The notes: generated by a model from the letters alone, not told the origin. A stretch of DNA of 64,000 nucleotides from Candidatus Latescibacterota bacterium (GCA_965248265.1 CBDFJF010000001.1:512001-576000); one strand, 5' to 3'; numbered from the stretch's first letter, positions 28,397-40,244 are shown. Made by a program: numbers and translations.

Positions 28397-29716
28397 ATGA
28401 CAGAAGTCGTCCTGTGGAAACCTAATGTGCCGGTGGCGATCCCAGGGAGCGCCAAGACTCCTGCGGAGATAGCGGATTATGCCAAGCAACTAACGCCTCG
28501 AGATCGCAGCCAGCTCCTAAATGCCTACGAAGCCGAGCACTACGAGATGGCGACTCAGTTCGTCTGGTCGCGTGCCATGGCAGCATTGAAAGCTCAGTTG
28601 GGGACACTCGGGGCAGACTTCATTGGCGAGCTACTCGACAGGCAAGACATCGGCGCTGAGACGTCTCTGGGTACGGCGATCACTGACAACGAAGCGATAC
28701 AGCTGGCACAGGAGTTAGGAATCCTTGGGCCAACCACTGCGCTGAAGCTTCGTCACCAGATGGAACTGCTACTGCATCTTTCGTCGCCCAACAAAGAAGG
28801 CGAAGAGGAAAGAGAGATGTACCCTGAGGACGCGATCCAGTGCCTTCGCGCCTGTGTACAGAGTGTTCTTGGGACTGCACAAGACGAAAGTGCGGTTCGC
28901 TTCAAGCAGTTTCGAAATAGGCTCGAGTCCGAGCCTCTCACGCCAGACAGCGCGGAGGTCGTTACCCTTCTCAGTTCATCGCAGTTCTTTGTCCGGACTA
29001 CCATCAAAGTGCTACTGACCATGGCGAAGGCTTCTCAGGGAGCCAAGCTAGAGCATACCCTTGCGAATCTGAACCTAATCCTGCCAAAGGTCTGGGACAG
29101 GCTGCCTGAACCTGATAGGTGGTCCGTTGGCCGCGGGTACGCCGAAGTCAATGCAGCAGGCCACGTGCAGGCTGCGAAAGGGCTCAAAGCTGCACTGACC
29201 AAGGTCCAAGGATTCGACTTTGTTCCTGAGAGCCTCCGCTCTACTACATACATTGCGGTTGCTCGGGCTCTTGTCGAGACACATTTCGCGATTGACAATT
29301 TCCACAATGAACCAGAGAAGATTCGTGCACTGCACCAACTAGGCAAGTCAATCCCCTCGGCCGCATTGAGCCATTGTCTGACGGCGGTTCTGTGCGTGGG
29401 GCTTGGCAACATGTACGGCATCTCGTATGGAGCTCAATCTTATGTGAACCGTATCCTGGGATCGCTAACTCCGGATCGATGGAAGTACTATCTCGACCAG
29501 TGCCTCCCAGTAGACCAAGTCATTCTTGAGAAGCTGAAATACGATGGTCCCTGGGAGCGGTGGTTTGGTGTAGTCACTAAATACGGTCTGCGCGACTTGG
29601 AATTGGAGCAGACATCGGTTAAGCGGCTTTTTGCGTTGATGACGGGTACCGAAGTCCGGGGAATACCAGCATGGCAGATAGATAAGATGCTGGTTAACGC
29701 AGGCCCACAGGAGTAG
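28397..29716 (+). CDS. Hypothetical helical protein with HEPN-like N-terminal domain
   Basis: AYEAEHYEMATQFVWSRAM...DNEAIQLAQELGIL...LKLRH...H; starts 5 nt after the upstream stop. Confidence 0.6.
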   Translation: MTEVVLWKPNVPVAIPGSAKTPAEIADYAKQLTPRDRSQLLNAYEAEHYEMATQFVWSRAMAALKAQLGTLGADFIGELLDRQDIGAETSLGTAITDNEAIQLAQELGILGPTTALKLRHQMELLLHLSSPNKEGEEEREMYPEDAIQCLRACVQSVLGTAQDESAVRFKQFRNRLESEPLTPDSAEVVTLLSSSQFFVRTTIKVLLTMAKASQGAKLEHTLANLNLILPKVWDRLPEPDRWSVGRGYAEVNAAGHVQAAKGLKAALTKVQGFDFVPESLRSTTYIAVARALVETHFAIDNFHNEPEKIRALHQLGKSIPSAALSHCLTAVLCVGLGNMYGISYGAQSYVNRILGSLTPDRWKYYLDQCLPVDQVILEKLKYDGPWERWFGVVTKYGLRDLELEQTSVKRLFALMTGTEVRGIPAWQIDKMLVNAGPQE

Positions 29717-29721
29717 ACCGC

Positions 29722-30008
29722 GTGGCGATCCCAGACTACCAAACGATAATGAAGCCACTTCTGAGAGCCATCGGAGACGGTGAGGAGTGGAACATCCGTG
29801 AGCTCATTGGTGTTCTTGCCGACGAATTCGGGCTCACTGAAGAAGAAAGACAGACACGGCAGCCAAGCGGGGCAGCGCGTCTATTTGATAATCGGACTCA
29901 CTGGGCACGGAAGTACCTGAAGGAGGCTGGTTGCCTTGAGGCGACTAGAAGGGCACATGTACGCCTGACGGACCGGGGCCGCGAGGTCCTTAGGGACAAC
30001 CCGGATAG
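29722..30008 (+). pseudogene. mrr: Mrr restriction protein N-terminal winged-helix domain, truncated by IS
   Basis: MAIPDYQTIMKPLL...PSG...FDNRTHWARKYLKEAG...LTDRG; nuclease domain absent. Confidence 0.88.
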
Positions 30009-30059
30009 TGAATCGCCCCGGGGTTGCCGGAGGCTCCATTTCTTGAGAGGATTGGAGTC

Positions 30060-31291
<1,232 letters not shown>

Positions 31292-31321
31292 CCGAGTCTC
31301 CGAAAAACCCGGGGCGATTCA

Positions 31322-32603
31322 CAGCTATGAAGAGGCTCGGCTGAGAGTCGAGGAAGCCGAGATCGAGCTTGAAGAAACCAAACTTGCCCTGCTCAAGGAT
31401 GCCACTCGTGTCGCGGTACGCGAAGCGCGCAAGTACCGGCAGGCAAACGGCCACAGCTTCGTGGACCTGTACCTGGAAAACGCATCCGACGTCGATCGTG
31501 CGCTGCTTGTGGATCCACAGTTGCAGCAGGAGGACATAGCGGCCCTCCTGCGAGTCGAAGATGTGTTTGTCTCTCTCACGCACGGTCCCATCGTAGCCGA
31601 ACCCTACGAGGTCAGAATCCCTGTGCTTGAATTGGGGGATCGACAGAAACTGACGTTTCGGCTGCTGAGAGACGAGAACGCGGTCGTCGTCTCCCTCTCT
31701 TACTTGGATGTCGTCGGTGAAACCAGATCGATTATCCTCAAGAAGGGTGGCCAACTGGGCTTGCCCATGATCAACTCCGCTCAATTCTCGCAGGCGGGAG
31801 AACTGAAACGGAAGGTGCGCTACGACCTGTTGCTCGAGCACCTCGCAGAGGATGAGAGCAATTTCGCCCTGGAAGTCGTCGGCCTCGCTCCGGGAATCGA
31901 TCACGCGTTCATGGCTGATGGCGCCCGCGTCAATCGTGTCAGCTTTGACGGTTTCAGCTCCAACGACACGTTGTCACTCGAACTCGCCATCCCTGCCAAC
32001 CTCAACCCCAGATTCATCGGGCAGCCGCGCACCTTTTTTGCGACCATTAGCGCGCCGGGCGAAGTCGGTGTCGTGCGAGACCTCAATGTGAGGTTCGGCG
32101 ATCGGCCTGTTCCCGAAGAAGAGGTGCTTGCGCTCAACGCCAACTACGTGTCGCTGGAGTTGACGCCCAGAGGAGCGGGAGAGCTCGAAGTTCTGGTCGC
32201 GAACCGCTACCAGGAGATTGGTGCGGGAAGTGATTTCCATCTGCAAGTGCAATTCGCCAACCGGGGAACGGCAACCGTGCACAACGTCGAGGCAGTCATC
32301 GACCTGCCGTATCGTTGGGGGAGCACGGTCGAGCCGAACTTGATAGAATCGATCGAGCCCGGCCGCAGAATCTCCATCCTGGTGTCCGCGAGCCCACCAG
32401 ATGAGGTCGCCTCCGCCACCTACGAAATGGGGATCATGGCCCGTGGCCAGGTCGGCAACGAAAACGTCGAATCACGCAAAAAGAGCATCACCATACGCCT
32501 GCAACCGTCCTCCGGAACAGCGACAAAATTGCTGCTGGTTGGTGCGGTACTGACGGTGATCATAGTCGTCGGTGTTGCCGCCGTAAGGATAACTCGGCGA
32601 TGA
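31322..32603 (+). pseudogene. 5'-truncated NEW3/CARDB-like surface protein, paralogue of the next gene
   Basis: Begins mid-coiled-coil at the IS end; DATRVAVREARKYR aligns with DATHIAILEAKKYR of 32600; C-terminal TM plus RR. Confidence 0.8.
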
Positions 32604-34201
32604 TCAAAGTGACATCGACAATCGCAGCACGCGTCGGTCTGCGGTGGCTGTCAATCGTGTTGGCGATCGGCGGCAACCCAGTACCCGCACAAGAGCCCGG
32701 TTTCGATTCCTTTGCTCAACGACCGCAACAGGTGAGAACGCAGGCGCAGCGGCTATACGACCTGCAAGTACACAAAGCCCGCTGGAAGGTAGACCGTCAG
32801 AAACTGGAAATGGAAAGCAGGAAAAGCGATTACGAAGCAACTCGCGACCTGTTCGATCAAAAGATCGAAACACTCGATCGCCTGCATAGAGCGCTGAGCG
32901 AGTACCGGCAGTCGAGCCTTGCGTTCGAGGCGGCACAACTGCAACTGGAGCGCACGCGCCTGTCGTTTCTGACCGATGCCACGCACATCGCCATCTTGGA
33001 AGCGAAGAAGTACCGCACCGCCGACGGACGCAGGCGTGTCGACCTCCTGATCCAGAACGATTCTAATCTCGCTCAGGCGACATCACTCAATCCAGATAGA
33101 GCAGTTGACGACGTCCGCAAACTCCTCGAAGTCCAGGATATCGAAGTATCGCTGCAGGAACAGTCGACAGGCCTCATCATCGCCGAGCCCTACGAGTTGA
33201 CAGTGCCGTCGCTGAAGCACGGGCAAGTGGAGCGCTTGAGTTTTCGATTGATGGAAGACCATGATGACGTCCTCGTAGCGATGGCGGTTCATGGTAGCCG
33301 AAGACAAAACAAGCACATTGTCCTGCGACGAGAAGCCCTGCAGGAGATGCCCTCGCTGTCCTCAGCCCAGTTCTCGCAGGAAGCCGATCTCAATTCGAGG
33401 GTGCGATTCGACCTCGCCATCGAACGACTGGCAGAGGAGGAGCGTGCCTACCATTTGGCCGTGGTCAATCTGCCACAGGAAATCGATGCCTTTTTCTTCG
33501 ACCGGAAGACTGGGGCTGAGCTGCCACAGATCAAGCTCGACGGAAAGACCACCAGACGTGAGGTCGACCTCGAGTTGCGTATCCCAGCGAAATTGGATTC
33601 GCAGTTCGTCGGCGCACCCCTCGTGTTCTACGCTCTGGTCACTGACCAGGAAGGGATCAGGCGAATCGGGCATCTCGGCGATGAGTATGGTGTGAGTGCG
33701 ATCCCGGTTACCCGGATCATCGAGGACGGCGGGAACAACACACAGCGGTTGGAGTTGACGGCGCGAGGACGCGCCGGATTGGAGATCGTCGTCAACGAGC
33801 GCTATCACGAAGTCGGCAGTGGAGATCCAGTCTTAGTGCAGGTTGACCTGTTCAATCCGGGTACACAGCGAGTGATCGAAGTCCGCGTGGATGTCGCCGT
33901 GCCACTGGGCTGGACCTACATGATGGTGCCGGATGAGATCTCGGCACTGATGCCGGGCGAGCGCGAGTCCATGAGTGTCACACTGACCCCAGGTTCGGCA
34001 GAAGGAGTCAGCGAATACGACATTCGCCTGTTCGCCCAGGCCGTCGCGGGCAACGGTGAAAAGATCGAGGCCACCGAGGAGGACATCGCCATTCGCATAG
34101 AACCCCGAGCTGCCGTATGGACCAGTGTTCTCATCATCGCTGCGATGCTGTGCCTGGTCGTGGCCCTGGTTATTGTCACTATCAGGACCAGCCGCCGCTG
34201 A
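32600..34201 (+). CDS. Exported coiled-coil + Ig-like (NEW3/CARDB-like) protein with C-terminal TM anchor
   Basis: Signal peptide, coiled coil, NPGT...VPLGW...PGE Ig motif, TM plus RTSRR. Confidence 0.75.
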   Translation: MIKVTSTIAARVGLRWLSIVLAIGGNPVPAQEPGFDSFAQRPQQVRTQAQRLYDLQVHKARWKVDRQKLEMESRKSDYEATRDLFDQKIETLDRLHRALSEYRQSSLAFEAAQLQLERTRLSFLTDATHIAILEAKKYRTADGRRRVDLLIQNDSNLAQATSLNPDRAVDDVRKLLEVQDIEVSLQEQSTGLIIAEPYELTVPSLKHGQVERLSFRLMEDHDDVLVAMAVHGSRRQNKHIVLRREALQEMPSLSSAQFSQEADLNSRVRFDLAIERLAEEERAYHLAVVNLPQEIDAFFFDRKTGAELPQIKLDGKTTRREVDLELRIPAKLDSQFVGAPLVFYALVTDQEGIRRIGHLGDEYGVSAIPVTRIIEDGGNNTQRLELTARGRAGLEIVVNERYHEVGSGDPVLVQVDLFNPGTQRVIEVRVDVAVPLGWTYMMVPDEISALMPGERESMSVTLTPGSAEGVSEYDIRLFAQAVAGNGEKIEATEEDIAIRIEPRAAVWTSVLIIAAMLCLVVALVIVTIRTSRR

Positions 34202-34382
34202 TGCCCTTGTAGACCCTGATTTAGCCCCTTCGAGCAGGAAGATAGCCGCTTGCCGAATCCTACCTTGTGGTGTAAGTTGCAGACAATGGTGAGGGGGATC
34301 CAGGGAGGGAACGGGCGATGTGCGATGGTCAGCACGCCAGTGTGGACATCCCGCCAGTACGCGACGATGTGGTGAGTTGAGA

Positions 34383-35180
34383 ATGAAAGACGATATTGGC
34401 GACCTGCTGAAAAACTGGCCCTTCGATCCCGACGAGTTCATCGCCCGGCGGATAACGGCCAGAGACGGTACCGAAAAGATCCAGATCCGCATCGACATGG
34501 GTGTGCTGCAGCTCGAAGTCGAGGGCCGGCCTGACGGTGAACGCCCCCACGATCGCGCGTCGCTGCTATCCTACTATCAAAAGCAAGCAGAGGAATCGGC
34601 AGACGTCACATCAGAGGCGGGTACCAGCCCGCTCGACGAAGAGGCATGCGAGGACCTGTTCCAGGAAGCCTGGCAGTACTACCAGCGTTATTTGAGCCTG
34701 TTTTATCTCGAGGATTTCGCCGGCGTCGTCCGTGATACCCAGCACAATCTCGAAATCTTCGATCTGGTCCAGAGTCACGCCGACAGCGACGAGGCCAAGT
34801 GGTATTTCGAGCAGTACTATCCCCATGCCGTGATGATGCGCGCTCGATCGAGGGCCATGCTTCATCTGGAGGAAGAGAACTACCCCGCGGCCCTGACCGA
34901 GGTCGAGGGCGGCATCGATCAGATCGAACGCTTCATTGAAGAGTGGGAAGGGGAGATCGCCGACGAGGAACTGCCGGAGCTGTCGTTCCTGCGTGACTGG
35001 TACGAAGAGCTTGAAAAGGAGCGTCCGTTGTCGCGCCAGGAGGAGTTGGAGAGAGACCTGACCGTGGCCGTCGATGCCGAGAACTTCGAAGAAGCTGCCC
35101 GCCTCAGAGACAAGCTCCGCATGATGCGTCCTGTTTTTCGGGGACCCAATCCCGAACGGTCTTCGTCCTCCTCCGCCTGA
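34383..35180 (+). CDS. UvrB/UvrC (UVR)-motif protein
   Basis: C-terminal AVDAENFEEAARLRD; N-terminal IQIRIDMGVLQLEVEGRPDG. Confidence 0.82.
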   Translation: MKDDIGDLLKNWPFDPDEFIARRITARDGTEKIQIRIDMGVLQLEVEGRPDGERPHDRASLLSYYQKQAEESADVTSEAGTSPLDEEACEDLFQEAWQYYQRYLSLFYLEDFAGVVRDTQHNLEIFDLVQSHADSDEAKWYFEQYYPHAVMMRARSRAMLHLEEENYPAALTEVEGGIDQIERFIEEWEGEIADEELPELSFLRDWYEELEKERPLSRQEELERDLTVAVDAENFEEAARLRDKLRMMRPVFRGPNPERSSSSSA

Positions 35181-35191
35181 TCCCGACGCCC

Positions 35192-35995
35192 TCAGCCGGA
35201 CAGCACGTCCCCCATATCATACAGCCCTGGCTCGGCATTCACGACAAAACGAACTGCTCGGATTGCGCCAACTGCGAACGCATCACGGCTGGTCGCATGG
35301 TGGCGTAGCTCGAGGTACTCGCCCCCAGCTCCAAAAAAGACCGAATGATCGCCGGCGACATCGCCCAGTCGCAGCGCATGCATGCCGATCTCCTTGCGCG
35401 TCCGCTCACCCACGGCCCCTTCCCGCCCGTGGACGATGACCTCTTCCAGGTTGCGTCGAAGACCCCGTGCCGCGCCCTCAGCCAATCTTAGGGCCGTTCC
35501 GCTCGGGGCATCCACTTTGTGTCTGTGATGCGCTTCGACCACCTCGACGTCGTAGTCGTCTCCGAGAATGCCCGCCGCCTCTTCCACCAGTCTGAACAGC
35601 ACATTCATCGCGGTACTGAAGTTGGGAGCGAACACGCACGCGACCTGTTCGACGGACCTCTTGAATTCGCTCAGTTGATCAGCACTCATCCCGGTCGTTC
35701 CCACGACCAGAGCGCAGCCGTGGCGGGCGCAAACCGCGGCATGTTGAACCGTCGCTGCGGGGGCCGTGAAGGCGATGACGACATCCGCGGCGGCGATCAC
35801 CGTCTCCAGGTCGTCGACCACCTCACCAGCAGCCTCCCCCCCGCCGACCAGCGCAGACACGGGCGAGCCGACAGCCTCGTGACCCGGAGCCTCAACACCT
35901 CCGACGAGCTCCAGGCCTTCGCCCTCGATCGTCAGAGCAGCCAGTCGCTGGCCCATGCGGCCGGCAACGCCGGTTACGACTACACGTATCCTCAA
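35192..35995 (-). CDS. dapB: 4-hydroxy-tetrahydrodipicolinate reductase
   Basis: GVAGRMG, VGTTG, EAHHRHKVDAPSGTA. Confidence 0.97.
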   Translation of the reverse strand: MRIRVVVTGVAGRMGQRLAALTIEGEGLELVGGVEAPGHEAVGSPVSALVGGGEAAGEVVDDLETVIAAADVVIAFTAPAATVQHAAVCARHGCALVVGTTGMSADQLSEFKRSVEQVACVFAPNFSTAMNVLFRLVEEAAGILGDDYDVEVVEAHHRHKVDAPSGTALRLAEGAARGLRRNLEEVIVHGREGAVGERTRKEIGMHALRLGDVAGDHSVFFGAGGEYLELRHHATSRDAFAVGAIRAVRFVVNAEPGLYDMGDVLSG

Positions 35996-36007
35996 GATTT
36001 CCTCTTT

Positions 36008-37045
36008 TCAGTAGGCGGCGTAGGTCAGCCCCTGAAGCGCGGTCGCGTCATTGAGACGGGCTTCGACATCGACGCCGAAGCATTCGCCTATTGGACTCAG
36101 CACAGATGGGTCGTTGGCGTGGACGGCCAGAGCCGCCTGGACGATCACCTCCAAACCAGCGGGTGTCATCTTGCCCAGGGGTCGGCGGCAGGGCCCGGAA
36201 GGCATGCCCAGAACGGTCATCAGACTCTTGACCGGCACGGGATTGCGCGCCTTGCACTCGACGCTGCCGTGCGACGACGCCTCGGTCGTTGTGACGCCGA
36301 CGCAGCCGAACAGAGGTTGCAGATTCGCGGCGATCTGTTCAGCGCCGGCAATATCCCCGTCGTTCAGCATCTGGGTCATGTTCACCAGCGGGCCGGGTAT
36401 CACGTTCGACATCACGGAGATAACGCCAGCCGCCTTGATGTCATCGCGCTTCATCATCTCCACGGTCTTGTCGTCGTCCCCCGACAGGATGCTGAAACTG
36501 TCACCGCATAGCCGGCGCGTCTTGGCCATGTTGTCGAAGTCGCCGGTGGCTTCCTTCACCGTGGTGACATTGCCGTGAGATTCGGCAAGAATAGCGAGGT
36601 CCTCTACGTGCATCATCGTTCCCGTGCGCCCGGGAATGATGTATGGGATGATCGGCATGTCGGGAAACTCCGTGGCCACCGGTTCGACGTACTCGCGGCG
36701 GATCTCCAGAGAGCTGGGGCCGTTGTAGTAGGGGTCCACCAGCAGTACCCCGTCTGCGTGCACATGCGCTGCGTGCTCGGTGCCGGCGAGAGTTTCGCGC
36801 GTGGAGTTGCTGCCGGTACCCGCGACCAGTTGACAGTGTCCTTCGGTGGCGCTGCGGCTGCGCTCGATCACCTCGTTGTGCTCTTCCCACAGCAAGGTTG
36901 GACTCTCGCCGGTGGTGCCAACCGCTATGATTCCCTGGATTCCGTTGGCAATTTGAAATTCCAGCAGGTTATCGAGCCCGTCGTAATCGACGCTGCCGTC
37001 ATCACGCATCGGGGTTACCGAAGCCGTGTAACATCCTTTGAACAT
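36008..37045 (-). CDS. dapA: 4-hydroxy-tetrahydrodipicolinate synthase
   Basis: GTTGES, GTGSNST, PYYN, VKEATG, SGDD; adjacent to dapB. Confidence 0.95.
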   Translation of the reverse strand: MFKGCYTASVTPMRDDGSVDYDGLDNLLEFQIANGIQGIIAVGTTGESPTLLWEEHNEVIERSRSATEGHCQLVAGTGSNSTRETLAGTEHAAHVHADGVLLVDPYYNGPSSLEIRREYVEPVATEFPDMPIIPYIIPGRTGTMMHVEDLAILAESHGNVTTVKEATGDFDNMAKTRRLCGDSFSILSGDDDKTVEMMKRDDIKAAGVISVMSNVIPGPLVNMTQMLNDGDIAGAEQIAANLQPLFGCVGVTTTEASSHGSVECKARNPVPVKSLMTVLGMPSGPCRRPLGKMTPAGLEVIVQAALAVHANDPSVLSPIGECFGVDVEARLNDATALQGLTYAAY

Positions 37046-37206
37046 GATATCACCTTGAGAGCTTGCGAATGATCTGCGAAGAAAGTAGGGTTGAGAGCGC
37101 CCGTCACAGCTGTAACGGGGCGAGCGTCCATGATATAACGCGCAGAAAATACAGTGTCAACGTAGTCGCGCCCGGGAACGGCGCGTTCGCAATCAGTGGA
37201 GATCAC

Positions 37207-38394
37207 ATGGCTGAAGAATTGAGCATGCGTTACGGAGTCAACCCGCACCAGGCTTCAGCCCGCTGTACCAGCACCGGAGCCATGCCGTTGCGCGTCCTGA
37301 ACGGCTCACCCAGCTACATCAACCTGATGGATGCGCTCAATTCCTGGCAACTGGTGCGGGAGCTGAGACAGGCTTGCCGTCTGCCCGCCGCTGCCTCCTT
37401 CAAACACGTCAGTCCTGCCGGTGCCGCAGTCGGAGTACCGTTGAATGACACCTTGCGCGATGCCCTGTTCGTACGCGCCACCGGTAACGGCGAGCAGGAG
37501 TTGAGCCCGCTGGCCACCGCTTATGTGCGTGCCAGGGGAGCTGACCGCATGGCGTCATACGGCGACTGGATCGCACTGAGCGATCGCGTCGACGCCAGTA
37601 CCGCACAGGTTATCAAAGCGGAAGCTTCCGATGGCGTCATCGCCCCTGACTACGACCCGGACGCTCTTGAAATACTGAAGAACAAGAAGGGGGGACAGTA
37701 CCGGATTCTCGCCGTCGATCCTGACTTCGAACCCGAGTCGTCGGAGACCCGCCAGATTTTTGGTCTGACACTCGAGCAACACCGCAACGATTTCGTACCG
37801 GATCGGTCTTTCTTTGAAAACATAGTGACGCAGAGGCGCGAACTCGGCTCCGATGCGATCCGCGATTTGACCGTCGCCACGATAGCGGTCAAATACACCC
37901 AATCGAACTCGGTCTGTCTGGCCATGGATGGCCAGGTGATCGGCGTTGGGGCCGGACAACAGTCGCGCGTGCATTGCGTGCGACTGGCCGCGGACAAGGC
38001 GGACCTTTGGTACCTGCGCCAGCACCCGCGGGTACGTAGTGAACTGAAATTCCGCAAAGGCATCAAACGCCCGGAGCGGGACAACGCAGTGGATCTGTTT
38101 CTTCAGAAAGAGGTCTCGGAAATCGAGCGACCGGCCTGGCTGAGAAGCTTTGCGGAGGAACCCCAACAACTCACCGAAGTGGAGAAACGCCAATGGCTGG
38201 ACGGCCTCAAGTCGGTCGCATTGAGTTCAGACGCGTTCTTTCCATTCCGTGACAACATCGATCGAGCCAGCCGCAGTGGTGTCGAATACATCGTACAGGC
38301 TGGCGGATCGATCATGGACGAGCAGGTGGTCAAAGCCGCTGACGAGTACGGTATGCTGATGGTCCATTCGGGCGTGCGCCTGTTCCACCATTGA
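37207..38394 (+). CDS. purH: AICAR transformylase (PurH formyltransferase domain only)
   Basis: RYGVNPHQ, SFKHVSPAG, KYTQSNSV, SSDAFFPF, RLFHH; no IMP cyclohydrolase domain. Confidence 0.9.
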   Translation: MAEELSMRYGVNPHQASARCTSTGAMPLRVLNGSPSYINLMDALNSWQLVRELRQACRLPAAASFKHVSPAGAAVGVPLNDTLRDALFVRATGNGEQELSPLATAYVRARGADRMASYGDWIALSDRVDASTAQVIKAEASDGVIAPDYDPDALEILKNKKGGQYRILAVDPDFEPESSETRQIFGLTLEQHRNDFVPDRSFFENIVTQRRELGSDAIRDLTVATIAVKYTQSNSVCLAMDGQVIGVGAGQQSRVHCVRLAADKADLWYLRQHPRVRSELKFRKGIKRPERDNAVDLFLQKEVSEIERPAWLRSFAEEPQQLTEVEKRQWLDGLKSVALSSDAFFPFRDNIDRASRSGVEYIVQAGGSIMDEQVVKAADEYGMLMVHSGVRLFHH

Positions 38395-38416
38395 AAGAAG
38401 GACAGCCGCTGGCCTT

Positions 38417-39190
38417 TCAGAGCGGCGCCAGCCACCCTCCGTCCACAGGCAGGGCAGTACCGGTTATCCACTCCGCGTCCTCCGAGGCAAAAAACACACA
38501 GGCGCGACCGATATCGCGGGGCAATCCCAGGCGCGGAAGTGGGGTCTTGTCCCGGCACCATTCGATTTGATCGGGCGTCAGATAGTCCTGGATCGGGGTC
38601 TCGATGTAGCCCGGGCAAATGGCGTTCGCCGTCACCCCGTCGGCCCCGAGTTCGACAGCCGCGTTGCGGGTCATGTTGACGACCCCTGCCTTCGCGGTAG
38701 CGTAGGCAGGGCCGCCTCCACCTCCGAATGCATGAATCGATGCGATGTTGATGATGCGGCCAGCCTGCGACTCCTTCAGGTGAGGAATGCAGTACTTCGA
38801 AGTAAGATACAGGGCGCGGAGATTCACCCCGACGACCCGATCCCAGTCGGCCGTCGGCATCGATTCAGTCGTTCCAGGAATGTGGATGCCGGCGTTGTTG
38901 ACGAGGATGTCAATACCGCCAAAACGCTCGACGGTGGTTGAAATCAGACCAGCAACGGCCGTCTCGTCGGCGATGTCGAGCTGGACGAAAAGTCCTTCGC
39001 TGCCGATTTTTTCGATTTCCGCCACCGTCGGAGTGACCAGATCACGCTCATGGTACTTGCCTTGTTTTGGCTGCTCCTGGACATCCGCGACGACAACACG
39101 GGCGCCCTCGCGCGCCAGTTCGAGACAGATGCCCCGACCGATTCCTGAGCTGCCCCCGGTGACGATGGCTGTGCGGTTTTCCAGTGACAT
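38417..39190 (-). CDS. SDR oxidoreductase
   Basis: TGGSSGIG, NNAG, YATAK, VDGG. Confidence 0.93.
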   Translation of the reverse strand: MSLENRTAIVTGGSSGIGRGICLELAREGARVVVADVQEQPKQGKYHERDLVTPTVAEIEKIGSEGLFVQLDIADETAVAGLISTTVERFGGIDILVNNAGIHIPGTTESMPTADWDRVVGVNLRALYLTSKYCIPHLKESQAGRIINIASIHAFGGGGGPAYATAKAGVVNMTRNAAVELGADGVTANAICPGYIETPIQDYLTPDQIEWCRDKTPLPRLGLPRDIGRACVFFASEDAEWITGTALPVDGGWLAPL

Positions 39191-39302
39191 GAAGACGAAC
39201 CCTCTCAATCCGCTTAGTGGCGTCGCTGCAAATCCTGGCTGCGACTACTGCCCAAATACTGCGCCCGTGCGTCCAGCCACGCAACCACCGGCCACTCACC
39301 GC

Positions 39303-39920
39303 ATGATTCTTGCATGTGTGCTGGCGGTGCTGTTGCTCTGTGTTGCCGTGTCGGTGGAAACGGCCCAAGCGCAGGTTTCTGACATCGGCATGGAGGCCAT
39401 AGCCGTCTCCAGAGCCGCCAAGGACAGTCTGTTCCGCTCCTCCGACCCGAATTCACCGATTCCCGCCGAAAGCCGCAATAGCTTCCCGGGCCTTTCCTAT
39501 TTCAAGCCCGACCAGGCCTATAGCTTCAATGGAGAATTGCATCGCTACGGCCGGCCGCGCCAGGTGGAGTTGCTGACAAATACCGGATCCCACCTCCCCT
39601 TGGAGCGCTTTGGCAGGCTCTTTTTCCGCTTCGATGGAAAGGTCTTCTGGTTGGAAATCCATCGGAATATGGAAGCCGGAGAGTTGTCTATTTTTTTCAC
39701 CGATGAGACCAACGGCGACCAGACCTATTCGGGAGGCCGTTACGTGCCGTTGACGGCCTTGGAAAATGGGACCTATCTTGTAGATTTTAATAGATCTTAC
39801 AACCCATACTGCGCCTACAATCCCAGTTACATCTGTCCGCTACCTCCAGCTCACAACCATTTGCCGTTTGCAGTGTTGGCCGGCGAGCGCTCATATGGTC
39901 CGAATGTTGCTCATCCGTGA
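39303..39920 (+). CDS. DUF1684 family exported protein
   Basis: FTDETNG..TYSGGRY, DFNRSYNPYCAYN..YICPLPP. Confidence 0.9.
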   Translation: MILACVLAVLLLCVAVSVETAQAQVSDIGMEAIAVSRAAKDSLFRSSDPNSPIPAESRNSFPGLSYFKPDQAYSFNGELHRYGRPRQVELLTNTGSHLPLERFGRLFFRFDGKVFWLEIHRNMEAGELSIFFTDETNGDQTYSGGRYVPLTALENGTYLVDFNRSYNPYCAYNPSYICPLPPAHNHLPFAVLAGERSYGPNVAHP

Positions 39921-40004
39921 ATCGGACCTTACTGTTCTATTGGTTAATGCTGGAACGGTACACTGTAATTGCATGCATCAGCGCCAAGCACAGGAGGTCC
40001 ATTG

Positions 40005-40244
40005 ATGGATATTGCCAGGCGGCTTTTCGCCAGGGAAGTTGACTTCAAGATTGAAACGACGGAAAACTCGTACGCCGCATGTCGCGCGCTGTCAATCAGG
40101 GCGCGACATCTGAACTCCCGCTTCAGGGATCTACCCGAGGGAGCGGTCGACGACAGCAACAACCCGACTGTGGGCGCGCTAAAGGATTACTCACAAGGCC
40201 GGATCGTACTCTCGGAAAATGAGGGGGAGGCCGCCCAGGAGTAA
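40005..40244 (+). CDS. rpoZ: RNA polymerase omega subunit-like protein
   Basis: ENSYAACRALSIRARHL...NPTVGALKDYSQGRI. Confidence 0.65.
   Translation: MDIARRLFAREVDFKIETTENSYAACRALSIRARHLNSRFRDLPEGAVDDSNNPTVGALKDYSQGRIVLSENEGEAAQE

Larger units (their letters stand above)
25594..30008. mobile_element. tRNA-Val-anchored genomic island remnant
   Basis: Integrase beside the tRNA 3' end, visibly lower GC and different codon usage, defence-like cargo; right end replaced by an IS. Confidence 0.8.

Noticed and set aside
37050-37206. ZMP/ZTP riboswitch before purH or lysine riboswitch before dapA
   Set aside because: Only a promoter-like TTGACA and one hairpin were seen; conserved aptamer motifs were not found
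37207-38394. Truncated purH as a pseudogene
   Set aside because: Stand-alone AICAR transformylases are a known form and the ORF is intact
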